63,617 nucleotides of DNA. Source: Gammaproteobacteria bacterium (GTDB taxonomy: Bacteria > Pseudomonadota > Gammaproteobacteria > GCA-002705445 > GCA-002716945). The stretch covers positions 1-63,617 of the forward strand of contig JBJKYD010000013.1 in assembly GCA_045561295.1 (NCBI GenBank). The letters are read 5' to 3'. A program made the translations under genes and the position numbers. Each line of letters opens with the position of its first letter. Position 1 is the stretch's first letter. This document shows, in pieces, positions 19,564 to 28,025 of the stretch. Under the pieces are notes generated by a model. The model saw only the letters and a list, made by a program, of their open reading frames with translations, ran no database searches and was not told where the DNA came from.

Positions 19564-20666
19564 GATTTCATTCGTTTTAGTGCTGAGCCACTATCAATAA
19601 CTTTTAATACCTCTTTGGAACATTCTTTAACATCGTTGCCTGTCATCCTTTGAAGTATAATCGAGGCCCCTAGTTGTATACATGATTTCATAGCTCCGTT
19701 TTTACCAGATAGAGCTTCTTGTCCAGATTTTACTGTTGCTTTGGCAATATCTGTTGCTGATACTTTTGATTCAATCTTATCTTTTGTATCTTTTCTCACT
19801 ATACCTTCGGGAATATCAACAGCCCTTGATTCATCATTAATTTGCAAGTCTTCTGGCTTAACCTCATACATCTTATCTTCTTCACCAGGCTTATCATAAT
19901 AATGGACTTTACCAATTTGCCTTAACGATGGGATAATTCCACCCTCTGTACCTCTTACTACACTTGCGGAGTGGAACTCAGCATTTCTAGATAATTCAAG
20001 ATAGATTGGCGGATAAGGTTTGTGAACAAAGCCTGTAAAAAATGCATCATGTTTAGAACTGATTGGCTTAACGAGAACTTCTACTGTAGTTATAACTGGT
20101 CTTTTAATAATTTTTTTCCTAAGGTTCATTAAGTTGTGAAGTTTAGGATTAAAAATAGATTGATCAGCGTAAGCCCACCCAATATTTTTATCTTCTAATC
20201 GAGCTGCAATTTCCTCATGTGAATTCTCACAATTATAATTAAGCTCTTTAAGAGTGAGATGATGAGTACAGCCGTATTTTGGACCAACAGATAAAACCCC
20301 ATGAGAGATTATTGGATATCCTAATTCTGCAAGGACAGGCAATAAAAAAATTGATGAAGGTAGGTTTCTAGAAAAGCCATCATATGGATCAGCTATATTA
20401 ATTAAATTATCGGTAGCTATATTTATAGAATGGGTTGTTTCAATAATTGCATCATGAACCCCTAGATTTTCGTCCATGGTTTCTCTTTTCATTCTTAGGG
20501 CAATAAGAAAAATTGCAGCTTGTATGGGATCAATTTCATCATTAAGAATATCCATCATCGTTTGCTTAGCTTCTTCTCTTGAAATATTTTTACTAAGCTC
20601 AGGACCTGTAGCTATTCTTTGAATAACAGACTTCATATTTTCATTTGGGCTTAATTTATTATTCAT
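19560..20666 (-). CDS. Anthranilate phosphoribosyltransferase-like (TrpD2/YbiB-like) protein
   Basis: GT3 N-terminal helical domain (SREEA...M..IL...IDP.QAA.FLIALRMKRET), GFVHKPY, VRGTEG; lacks the TrpD GTGGD PRPP-binding motif. Confidence 0.7.
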   Translation of the reverse strand: MNNKLSPNENMKSVIQRIATGPELSKNISREEAKQTMMDILNDEIDPIQAAIFLIALRMKRETMDENLGVHDAIIETTHSINIATDNLINIADPYDGFSRNLPSSIFLLPVLAELGYPIISHGVLSVGPKYGCTHHLTLKELNYNCENSHEEIAARLEDKNIGWAYADQSIFNPKLHNLMNLRKKIIKRPVITTVEVLVKPISSKHDAFFTGFVHKPYPPIYLELSRNAEFHSASVVRGTEGGIIPSLRQIGKVHYYDKPGEEDKMYEVKPEDLQINDESRAVDIPEGIVRKDTKDKIESKVSATDIAKATVKSGQEALSGKNGAMKSCIQLGASIILQRMTGNDVKECSKEVLKVIDSGSALKRMKS

Positions 20667-21262
20667 TTAAAAACTATCCAAGTTGTTGCAATATACTTTG
20701 AACCTTTTTTAAGTGTAACACCTCGATGTTCATGGGTCCAAAATGGGGGAAATACTACTAACTTACCCTCTTCAGGTTTTACCTTAACTTTTTGATGTAA
20801 AAATTCAGTTTCTCCACCAGGGCCTTCTACATCATTTAGATACCATATAGCGACGAGTTGCCTATCACTCATTTGGTGACTCCCACTATCTACATGCCAG
20901 TGAAAATATTCTCCAACATCTGTTCTTTGAATGGCGTAACCAATATCTTTGAATTTTCCATTAAAATAATCATATTCTTTTTTTATTTTAGATAGAGCTT
21001 TCGATAAGCTTACAAAAAATAATTCATCAACATCTTTCCATGAATCTTTACCACTGATAACCATATCAGTAGATTTTTTTACCGTATCATTTTCTTCAAA
21101 GTTAGGACCAACTCTACCTCGATAATGATCATCTTTAGATTCCTCGAATCTTTCAATTATTTCCTTACACTTTTGTGATGGAATTTCATTATCAAATTCA
21201 AAGATAAAACTTCCTGGCAAGCTTTCTATAAGTCTTTTTTCTATTTTTATTTCGTTAGCCAT
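20663..21262 (-). CDS. 2OG-Fe(II) oxygenase
   Basis: WHVD (HxD), IWYLNDV..GGETEF, FPPFWTHEHRG, KYI.TTW. Confidence 0.85.
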   Translation of the reverse strand: MANEIKIEKRLIESLPGSFIFEFDNEIPSQKCKEIIERFEESKDDHYRGRVGPNFEENDTVKKSTDMVISGKDSWKDVDELFFVSLSKALSKIKKEYDYFNGKFKDIGYAIQRTDVGEYFHWHVDSGSHQMSDRQLVAIWYLNDVEGPGGETEFLHQKVKVKPEEGKLVVFPPFWTHEHRGVTLKKGSKYIATTWIVFK

Positions 21263-21302
21263 AATATTTATATTACACAGTAAATGTTATCATCTGAATA
21301 CT

Positions 21303-21866
21303 ATGGCAATAAGAATTAAAAGCAAGTGGTCTAAAACAGTTAAAAGAAGTAAAACTCCTGAGGATTTTGGAAGCGCCCTTTCTTTTATTTCATGGAGATT
21401 ATCTCTTGATAAAGCAAAGACACTTCATGGTGAGGATTTTGAATATGAAAATGATCATCAAAGAGTGTCTGTAATAGTAGAGTACATGTCCTTTCAAGTG
21501 CACCTTGTTGACAGGCTGTTGTATGAAGATAAAGCTGATAATGATTTTAGAGCTGAAGTAATGAATTCTCTTGGCAAGCAATCTTCAAGAATAATGCAAG
21601 AAAATTGTGAGGATTTGTTTGGTCCAGGTGATTATAAAAAAGGATATATAAACACTCTCAACATAAGATCATCAGAATATTCTCAATTTGAATTCTCTAG
21701 AAAAGGGAGTAATTATTCCTTATACAGGCATCTATCAAAAAAATGTCAAGATGTTATGGGGTACAGTCAAACGAACAAATGGGTTATGGATCAGATTATC
21801 GATATAGATTCTGTAGAGATATTGAAAAAGATTCTGGAAGTTTATGATTCAGTGACAAAGTCCTAA
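21303..21866 (+). CDS. Hypothetical protein
   Basis: 187-aa intact ORF; N-terminus RIKS.W and A..FI.WR recall an uncharacterised family I associate with sulfur oxidisers (recollection, unverified). Confidence 0.65.
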   Translation: MAIRIKSKWSKTVKRSKTPEDFGSALSFISWRLSLDKAKTLHGEDFEYENDHQRVSVIVEYMSFQVHLVDRLLYEDKADNDFRAEVMNSLGKQSSRIMQENCEDLFGPGDYKKGYINTLNIRSSEYSQFEFSRKGSNYSLYRHLSKKCQDVMGYSQTNKWVMDQIIDIDSVEILKKILEVYDSVTKS

Positions 21867-21867
21867 A

Positions 21868-22062
21868 TTAGTCTTTAAATTTTTCTACGTTGTCAAAATT
21901 ATTATTTTTTCCATCTTCATATCCAGCTTGATATGCGTCAGTCATTCTTTGTTCTTCTACTTCAGGTGCATCTTGATAACCTTCTTGCCAACCTAAGACG
22001 TACTGTTCGTTAGCTTTCATGTTTTCAAGTTCAGTTACTTTATCAAAATATTCTTTATTCAT
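21868..22062 (-). CDS. Alvin_2107-like sulfur-globule oxidation protein
   Basis: Y.LGW..GY...P..EEQR.T.AY.AGYEDGK pattern recognised from that small family; context next to dsr. Confidence 0.65.
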   Translation of the reverse strand: MNKEYFDKVTELENMKANEQYVLGWQEGYQDAPEVEEQRMTDAYQAGYEDGKNNNFDNVEKFKD

Positions 22063-22295
22063 TATGTTCTTATTGACCCCTTAATCTTATGAGCGATATC
22101 AACTAGTCTGTTTGCAAGCTTTTCATGCTCTTCTTTGTATTCTTTAACGATACCCTTGGGATTATGATGAATATCTTTTTCTGTAACTCCTTTCTCTCTC
22201 TCAAGATCCATAAATTTTTTTTGAATCTCTAAAATTCTTGTAATAATTTCTTTTCTTTCTTTTTGAAGATCTTTCTCGTTTACTGACTCAGTCAT
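22062..22295 (-). CDS. Small helical hypothetical protein
   Basis: Stop/start overlaps with both neighbours; E.QKKF...E...G, L..IAH..KGS.R. Confidence 0.7.
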   Translation of the reverse strand: MTESVNEKDLQKERKEIITRILEIQKKFMDLEREKGVTEKDIHHNPKGIVKEYKEEHEKLANRLVDIAHKIKGSIRT

Positions 22296-22633
22296 TAGTA
22301 TCCACCTTTTCTTCTGCTTTCAGGTAAACCACCAATTCTACCTGCTTGTTTACTAGGGTTGCCTGGGAACAAGTCAAATAATGTTTTTGAATCAATCTTT
22401 TCTCCCCATAGTTTTCCCATATCTTTAATCATATTCCTAGTGTTTGGTTGATTTTCTTTATTATTTATAAATTCATCTCTGAGATAATTAATAACATCCC
22501 AATGTCTCTCTGTCAGTTCAATACCTTCTTGTTGTGCAATAACTAATGCTATTTCTTTTGTCCAGTCCTCAATACTAGTCAAAAAGCCTGTGTCTGTAGT
22601 GGATATCTCTTTTCCATCAACTTCAACTTTCAT
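22295..22633 (-). CDS. TusE/DsrC-family protein lacking the C-terminal cysteines (RspA-type)
   Basis: GFL....DW...IA..IA..EGIELT..HW.VI.YLR, LF.LFP..P.KQA..I.GLP; ends ESRRKGGY with no Cys; SD GAGGAG before ATG 22633. Confidence 0.85.
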   Translation of the reverse strand: MKVEVDGKEISTTDTGFLTSIEDWTKEIALVIAQQEGIELTERHWDVINYLRDEFINNKENQPNTRNMIKDMGKLWGEKIDSKTLFDLFPGNPSKQAGRIGGLPESRRKGGY

Positions 22634-22662
22634 ATCTGACTCCTCATAATCTGAATTTATCA

Positions 22663-22682
22663 ATATTGGAAAATTCTAATAT
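22663..22682. promoter_or_regulatory. Near-perfect inverted repeat upstream of the RspA-type gene
   Basis: ATATTGGAA-AA-TTCTAATAT (one mismatch). Confidence 0.5.
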
Positions 22683-22720
22683 ACTACAAAGTATAAGTCT
22701 ATAAGGTTATAAATAAATTC

Positions 22721-23398
22721 TCAGTCTTCTTTGAAATTATTGACTGCATCAATAGATTTATGCGGAAGGAAAATACCACAACCATATAATTTTTTTCCAC
22801 CTACACCCTCTTCTTGGATTTTGAGAGATTCCTCTTTGGATAAATCAGCAATCATGAGAGACCTTGTGTAGACTGTGTTTTTATCAAAATTAATTGTCAT
22901 AGATCTCCCACAAAGAGCTTTTTTAATATTAACATTGAAATTTCTGAGCTCCATTTGAATTTTTTCAAGGAAATCATCTTCTGAAATCTTATTATCACTA
23001 ATGACGAATCTACAAAACAAGTCCTTAACTATTAGAAAATTTTTTACTTTTGATATACCTATTTTCAGGCTATTTCCAAAAAGTTTAATCTCTTTACCTT
23101 CAATATCTTTAATGTCATCAATTTGATTTTTATTTATACGCATTATCAATTTTGCTCTTTTAGACAAAGGAATATTTTCACTATCAGGCCTGACCCAACC
23201 ATTGCCAGACATTGGACCATGTAGCGTTTGAATTGAGTTTCTCTTATCATTTTTAATTTGTGGAATCAGGTTTAGAATTTCTGAGGAAAGTTCGTAGGCA
23301 TGATCATAGGGGAGCTCTCTACAATTTACAGAGAATGATAACTCAGCCATATCAGAATCATCAGCAATTGATTTTTTCTGATCAGTCTCTTGCCACAT
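22721..23398 (-). CDS. cas6: Orphan Cas6/Cmx6-like RAMP endoribonuclease
   Basis: N-terminal LSF....LPYDHAYEL, L..R, I.L.G..L.IG, and C-terminal Gly-rich loop S..IQEEGVGGKKLYGCGIFLP (GhGxxxxxGhG); start moved to ATG 23398. Confidence 0.8.
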   Translation of the reverse strand: MWQETDQKKSIADDSDMAELSFSVNCRELPYDHAYELSSEILNLIPQIKNDKRNSIQTLHGPMSGNGWVRPDSENIPLSKRAKLIMRINKNQIDDIKDIEGKEIKLFGNSLKIGISKVKNFLIVKDLFCRFVISDNKISEDDFLEKIQMELRNFNVNIKKALCGRSMTINFDKNTVYTRSLMIADLSKEESLKIQEEGVGGKKLYGCGIFLPHKSIDAVNNFKED

Positions 23399-23403
23399 AA
23401 TTA

Positions 23404-23598
23404 CTAATCTCGTATACAACCACTGAATACACTCTCGACACGATCTTGCCAATCATCGGGTGTATCTGGAAATGGCGGCTTCAAATCAAATCTGATAAAC
23501 ATTTCTCCCTCTGCAGCCTTCTGTCTAACGACATCGAGAAGCTCATCAAATGTTTCAACATCTTTACGTTCTATTAGTAGTGCGCTTAGATACAACAT
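23404..23598 (-). CDS. Small hypothetical protein (64 aa) of the dsr-flanking operon
   Basis: TFDELL..VR..A..GE.F...D.KPPFPDTP.DW..R.E..F; start overlaps the tauD-like stop. Confidence 0.7.
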   Translation of the reverse strand: MLYLSALLIERKDVETFDELLDVVRQKAAEGEMFIRFDLKPPFPDTPDDWQDRVESVFSGCIRD

Positions 23599-24437
23599 TA
23601 CAGTCTCTCATATGATCTTATTCTAAGAAGTTTTCTATTTACTTTATCATCTTTAAAGGAATTTCTACCATGTAAAATATTGTTAGTCAAAATACCTTGA
23701 TTCTTACAAAGCTTATATGTAAGTGAATACTGAGCACAATGACTTTCAATAATTTTTTTTAACCTCGTGATGGCATCAGATGCTCTCGTGCTCGATGATA
23801 TATTATCTTTTCTCATAGAGAATCGCATATGTAATTTTTTATACGCATTGCTGAACGAGAAGATATACGTTGATATTTCGGATCTAGATGTATCCTTACT
23901 TTCAGGAATAATTAGTGCGCCATCTTCCATCAAAACATTTATATCATCATTTCTTAAGATATACTCTCTAAGTACAAGCTCATGATCAAGTAAATAATTT
24001 TCACCACCTTCACTTGAAGGGCTTACACAATGGAGAAGCCATGAGAATATTGATTTCTCATCATAATAACCGTCTGTATGCCAATTGAGTGCTTTCTCAG
24101 TATAGGGAATATAACTCACTTTGCTGGTTTCTCTTGGCGTAATAGTACTGATTTTATTTAAATCTATGTTGTTACAGTCATATGTTTTCATACCTATCGA
24201 CTCGACAAATCTCAAAAGGTTGGAGTTAGATTTTAGATTCATATTTGAGGCATATATGCAGCAGTTGTATGTCTGGATTATTTCTTTAATCTTGGTAATT
24301 TCAGTTGTTGTTACATTATTAATATCATGGATTTCCACCAATAATTCATTAATATTTTGAGGGATATTCTTCTCTTTTTCCTCAGCCCACCTTAGAAATT
24401 CAGTTGATTTTGATGTCAATATCATACTTTTATACAC
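23598..24437 (-). CDS. TauD/TfdA-family 2OG-Fe(II) dioxygenase
   Basis: IPYT...LNWHTDGYY (HxD), LLHC..P...GGEN.L.D, NNILHGR.SF, R.L.R.R; start GTG 24437 or ATG 24425. Confidence 0.85.
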   Translation of the reverse strand: MYKSMILTSKSTEFLRWAEEKEKNIPQNINELLVEIHDINNVTTTEITKIKEIIQTYNCCIYASNMNLKSNSNLLRFVESIGMKTYDCNNIDLNKISTITPRETSKVSYIPYTEKALNWHTDGYYDEKSIFSWLLHCVSPSSEGGENYLLDHELVLREYILRNDDINVLMEDGALIIPESKDTSRSEISTYIFSFSNAYKKLHMRFSMRKDNISSSTRASDAITRLKKIIESHCAQYSLTYKLCKNQGILTNNILHGRNSFKDDKVNRKLLRIRSYERL

Positions 24438-24569
24438 TGTTTAATCATAGGTTATTTTAATACTTGTTTTTTATAATAAATCCATGCAATATTAACTTCA
24501 CGTGGACATATTAGAAATCAATGATAAAATAATATACATTGGAAACCAAAGGATTTTAGGGGAATATTT

Positions 24570-25826
24570 GTGAAAAAACATGATACACCAATGATTGATG
24601 AGCTTGAGAATGGCCCATGGCCAAGCTTCATAAGTGGAATTAAAAGACTCAGGGACACACATCCTGAGAAACGAATTAATGAAATGACTAATGACCTACT
24701 AGGTCAATTGGAGCATTCATATGAAACACGCAAAGGTTACTGGAAAGGTGGCACAGTGAGTGTTTATGGTTATGGCGGAGGAATTATTCCAAGATTCTCC
24801 GAAGTGGGTAACGCATTTCCTGCATCCAAAGAATTTCATACTTTAAGAGTTCAACCTCCTGCAGGTAATTTTTATTCAACAAGTATGCTAAGAAAGCTTG
24901 CGGACAGTTGGGAGAAGCATGGCTCAGGTCTAGTAACATTCCATGGGCAAACAGGCAATATAATGTTTATTGGTTCAACAACAGAGAATACCCAACACTT
25001 CTTTGATGAAATTAATGACTATGGTTTTGACCTTGGTGGCGCAGGACCATGTGTAAGAACAGCAATGTCTTGTGTTGGTGCCGGTCGTTGTGAGATGTCT
25101 AATGTTAATGAGCATAAAGCTCACAGACTTCTTGTGAATAATTTTACTGATGACGTACACAGACCAGCTTTACCATATAAATTTAAATTTAAAGTCTCAG
25201 GTTGCCCAAATGATTGTATGAACTCTATCGAGAGAGCCGATATGTCAGTCATTGGAACATGGAGAGATGATATAAAAATCGATCAGGAAGAATTTAAAAA
25301 ATTTGTCGAAATGAAAGGACGTAAATATGTTATTGATAATATCGTTACAAGATGTCCTACGAATGCGATTTCTCTAAATGATGATGATTCAATTCAAATA
25401 GATAACCAAAACTGTGTTAAATGTATGCACTGTCTAAATGTAGTGCCTAAAGCACTCCAGTGTGGAGACGACAAAGGCGTCACTATACTTATTGGTGGTA
25501 AAAGAACACTTAAAATCGGTGATCTTATGGGAACTGTTATTGTTCCATTCATGAAACTCGAGAAAGAGGAGGATTGGGAAAGACTTGTCGAAATTGCCGA
25601 GGAAACAATTGACTTCTGGGCTGATAATGCCCTTGAGCATGAGAGATGCGGTGAGATGATTGAAAGAATCGGCCTAGTAAACTTCTTGGAAGGCGTCGGC
25701 TTTGATGTCGATCCAAACATGGTAGCAAACCCTAGAGAGAGCTCATACGTCAGAACCGATGACTGGGATGATGAAGCGGTAAAATGGTATGAGAAAATCG
25801 ATGAACGCAAAAAAGGATCAGCATAA
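24570..25826 (+). CDS. dsrA: Dissimilatory sulfite reductase alpha subunit (oxidative type)
   Basis: GPWPSF, YWKGG, CVGAGRCE, PYKFKFKVSGCPNDC siroheme/Fe-S motif, CVKCMHC; SD TAGGGG. Confidence 0.98.
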   Translation: MKKHDTPMIDELENGPWPSFISGIKRLRDTHPEKRINEMTNDLLGQLEHSYETRKGYWKGGTVSVYGYGGGIIPRFSEVGNAFPASKEFHTLRVQPPAGNFYSTSMLRKLADSWEKHGSGLVTFHGQTGNIMFIGSTTENTQHFFDEINDYGFDLGGAGPCVRTAMSCVGAGRCEMSNVNEHKAHRLLVNNFTDDVHRPALPYKFKFKVSGCPNDCMNSIERADMSVIGTWRDDIKIDQEEFKKFVEMKGRKYVIDNIVTRCPTNAISLNDDDSIQIDNQNCVKCMHCLNVVPKALQCGDDKGVTILIGGKRTLKIGDLMGTVIVPFMKLEKEEDWERLVEIAEETIDFWADNALEHERCGEMIERIGLVNFLEGVGFDVDPNMVANPRESSYVRTDDWDDEAVKWYEKIDERKKGSA

Positions 25827-26911
25827 TGGGCGAGAAAGCAAAAAAAGAAATGAGAACCCCAATAGAGACTGGTTGTCCTGACGGTTTTCAATATATGCAT
25901 CCTACGATGCGTAAAAATTTTGGTCAATGGAAGTATCATGAACATCCACGACCAGGTGTGTTACTGCATGTGTCTAATAGTGGCGAGGAAATCTGGACTG
26001 TAAGAGCCGGTACTCAGCGTATACTCGACGTTTTTACACTCAGAACCTTATGTGATATTGGAGATGAATATGCAGACGGGTACGTCAGATTCACTATAAG
26101 AAGTAATATTGAGTATATGGTCAAGGATAAAGATAAAGTCCAGCCATTAATTGATGCTCTAGAAAAAGAAGGCTTCATAGTTGGTGGAACTAAAAACTCA
26201 GTAGCAATGATTTCACATACTCAAGGATGGTTACATTGCGATATTCCAGGAACTGATGCTTCGGGTGTCGTTAAAGCTATGATGGATGAACTAATAGATG
26301 AATTTAGAAACAATGAAATGCCAAATAGAGTACATTTAACAACATCTTGTTGTCAGATTAACTGTGGCGGTCAAGGTGATATTGCTATCAATATTCAGCA
26401 CACCAAGCCACCTAAAATAAATCACGACCTAGTATCAAATGTATGTGAACGTCCATCTGTTGTTGCAAGATGCCCAGTAGCAGCGATTAGACCAGCAATG
26501 GTCAATGGGAAACCATCACTAGAAGTAGATGAAAAAAAATGTATATGTTGCGGAGCGTGTTTCCCACCATGTCCACCTATGCAAATCAATGATCCTGAGC
26601 ATAGTAAACTTGCAATATGGGTAGGTGGAAACCACTCAAATGCTAGAAGCAAACCATCTTTCCAAAAACTAGTAGCTGCTGGAATACCTAATAACCCACC
26701 AAGATGGCCTGAAGCAACTGCTATAGTAAAAAGAATCTTATCAGCGTATAAAGAAGATGCTAGAGATTGGGAAAGAATAAACGATTGGATTGAGAGAATA
26801 GGTTGGCCTAGATTCTTTGAACTAACTGAGCTTCCATTCACTAAGTATCATATTGATAACTGGCGTGGCGGTAGAAAAACTCTCAACTCATCAGCATACG
26901 TTAGATTTTAA
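25826..26911 (+). CDS. dsrB: Dissimilatory sulfite reductase beta subunit
   Basis: HTQGWLHC, SCCQINCG, CERPSVVARCP, CICCGAC, PNNPPRWPE, WIERIGWPRFF. Confidence 0.98.
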   Translation: MGEKAKKEMRTPIETGCPDGFQYMHPTMRKNFGQWKYHEHPRPGVLLHVSNSGEEIWTVRAGTQRILDVFTLRTLCDIGDEYADGYVRFTIRSNIEYMVKDKDKVQPLIDALEKEGFIVGGTKNSVAMISHTQGWLHCDIPGTDASGVVKAMMDELIDEFRNNEMPNRVHLTTSCCQINCGGQGDIAINIQHTKPPKINHDLVSNVCERPSVVARCPVAAIRPAMVNGKPSLEVDEKKCICCGACFPPCPPMQINDPEHSKLAIWVGGNHSNARSKPSFQKLVAAGIPNNPPRWPEATAIVKRILSAYKEDARDWERINDWIERIGWPRFFELTELPFTKYHIDNWRGGRKTLNSSAYVRF

Positions 26912-26923
26912 TCTCTATTCGAT

Positions 26924-27316
26924 ATGAAGTTTGGAGTTTTAATCAACGAAGGCCCATATCAGCATCAAGCATCTGATTCTGCATATAAATTTATTGAAGC
27001 TGCAATAGAAGAAGGGCATGAAATATATCGTGTTTTTTTCTATCATGATGGCGTTAATAACGGAACTCGACTAGCAACACCACCACAAGATGATCGCCAC
27101 ATTCCAAACAGATGGAGTGAACTAGCAGAAAAACATGATTTAGATTTAGTATTATGTGTCGCTGCAGCTCAAAGACGTGGAATGGTTGATGAAGGTGAGA
27201 TGGAGCGTAACAAAAAAGATGCAAACAATATCGCTGATAAATTTAGAATTTCAGGTCTCGGTCAGCTCATAGAAGCTGGAATACAAGCAGATCGTATGAT
27301 TACATTTGGGGATTAG
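26924..27316 (+). CDS. dsrE: Sulfurtransferase DsrE
   Basis: VFFYHDGV, LCVAAAQRRG (active Cys), ISGLGQL. Confidence 0.95.
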   Translation: MKFGVLINEGPYQHQASDSAYKFIEAAIEEGHEIYRVFFYHDGVNNGTRLATPPQDDRHIPNRWSELAEKHDLDLVLCVAAAQRRGMVDEGEMERNKKDANNIADKFRISGLGQLIEAGIQADRMITFGD

Positions 27317-27317
27317 A

Positions 27318-27704
27318 GTGGAAGAGCAAGAACTAGAATCAGGCAAAATTAGAAAATTCATTTATGTGAATAGAAAAGCACCTCATGGAACAATCTATGC
27401 ACACGAAGCTTTAGAAGTCGTCTTAATAGCTGCAGCTTTTGAGCAGGATGTCTCTTTGGCGTTTATAGATGATGGAGTATATCAGCTAAAAAAAGGTCAA
27501 AATACGGATGGTATTGCTACTAAAAACTTTAGTAAAACTTTTGGAGCTTTAGACATGTATGACGTAGAAAAATTATATGTTGAAAAAGAATCATTAGATG
27601 CAAGAGGTTTAAGTGAAGAGGACTTATCTGTAGATGTTGAGATATTGCCTGCATTAGATTTAAAAAAACTATTCAACGAATCTGAGGTGTTTTTTAATTT
27701 CTAA
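27318..27704 (+). CDS. dsrF: DsrF
   Basis: RKAPHGTIYA.EALEV, F.DDGVYQL.KGQ, SL..RGL; probable start GTG 27318. Confidence 0.95.
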   Translation: MEEQELESGKIRKFIYVNRKAPHGTIYAHEALEVVLIAAAFEQDVSLAFIDDGVYQLKKGQNTDGIATKNFSKTFGALDMYDVEKLYVEKESLDARGLSEEDLSVDVEILPALDLKKLFNESEVFFNF

Positions 27705-28006
27705 TGTTACATACAATTAATAAATCACCATTTGAAAAAGATAGCTTAAGCACATGTCTTCGTTATGCAGATAAAGGAGCATCTGTACTTTTTATAGAAG
27801 ATGCTGTTTATGCTTGTACTAAAGGTACTCAGTTCGAAAAAGCGATTCATGATAACCATGGAGATATAAAGTTTTATGTTCTTGGCCCTGATTTAGAAGC
27901 AAGAGGACTTGATAATTCTAATCTTACTACTAATATAGAAATAGTAGATTATAAAGGTTTCGTTAAACTAGTAGCGGATAATGAAAAAACACAAAATTGG
28001 CTTTAA
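27704..28006 (+). CDS. dsrH: DsrH
   Basis: MLHTINKSPF, CLR, IEDAVY, PDLEARGL, VDY.GFV.L. Confidence 0.95.
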   Translation: MLHTINKSPFEKDSLSTCLRYADKGASVLFIEDAVYACTKGTQFEKAIHDNHGDIKFYVLGPDLEARGLDNSNLTTNIEIVDYKGFVKLVADNEKTQNWL

Positions 28007-28025
28007 TCTTAATTAGGAGAAGAAA

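Noticed and set aside
21303-21866. Calling this gene dsrS
   Set aside because: Length and sequence do not match what I recall of DsrS; left as hypothetical.
22634-22720. Search for a mini-CRISPR array beside cas6 (also 24438-24569)
   Set aside because: No repeated 25-40-bp units with spacers visible; only one AT-rich inverted repeat.
23404-23598. Labelling the 64-aa protein as DsrC
   Set aside because: Lacks DsrC fold motifs (HW..I..LR, LFP, GLP) and is too short.
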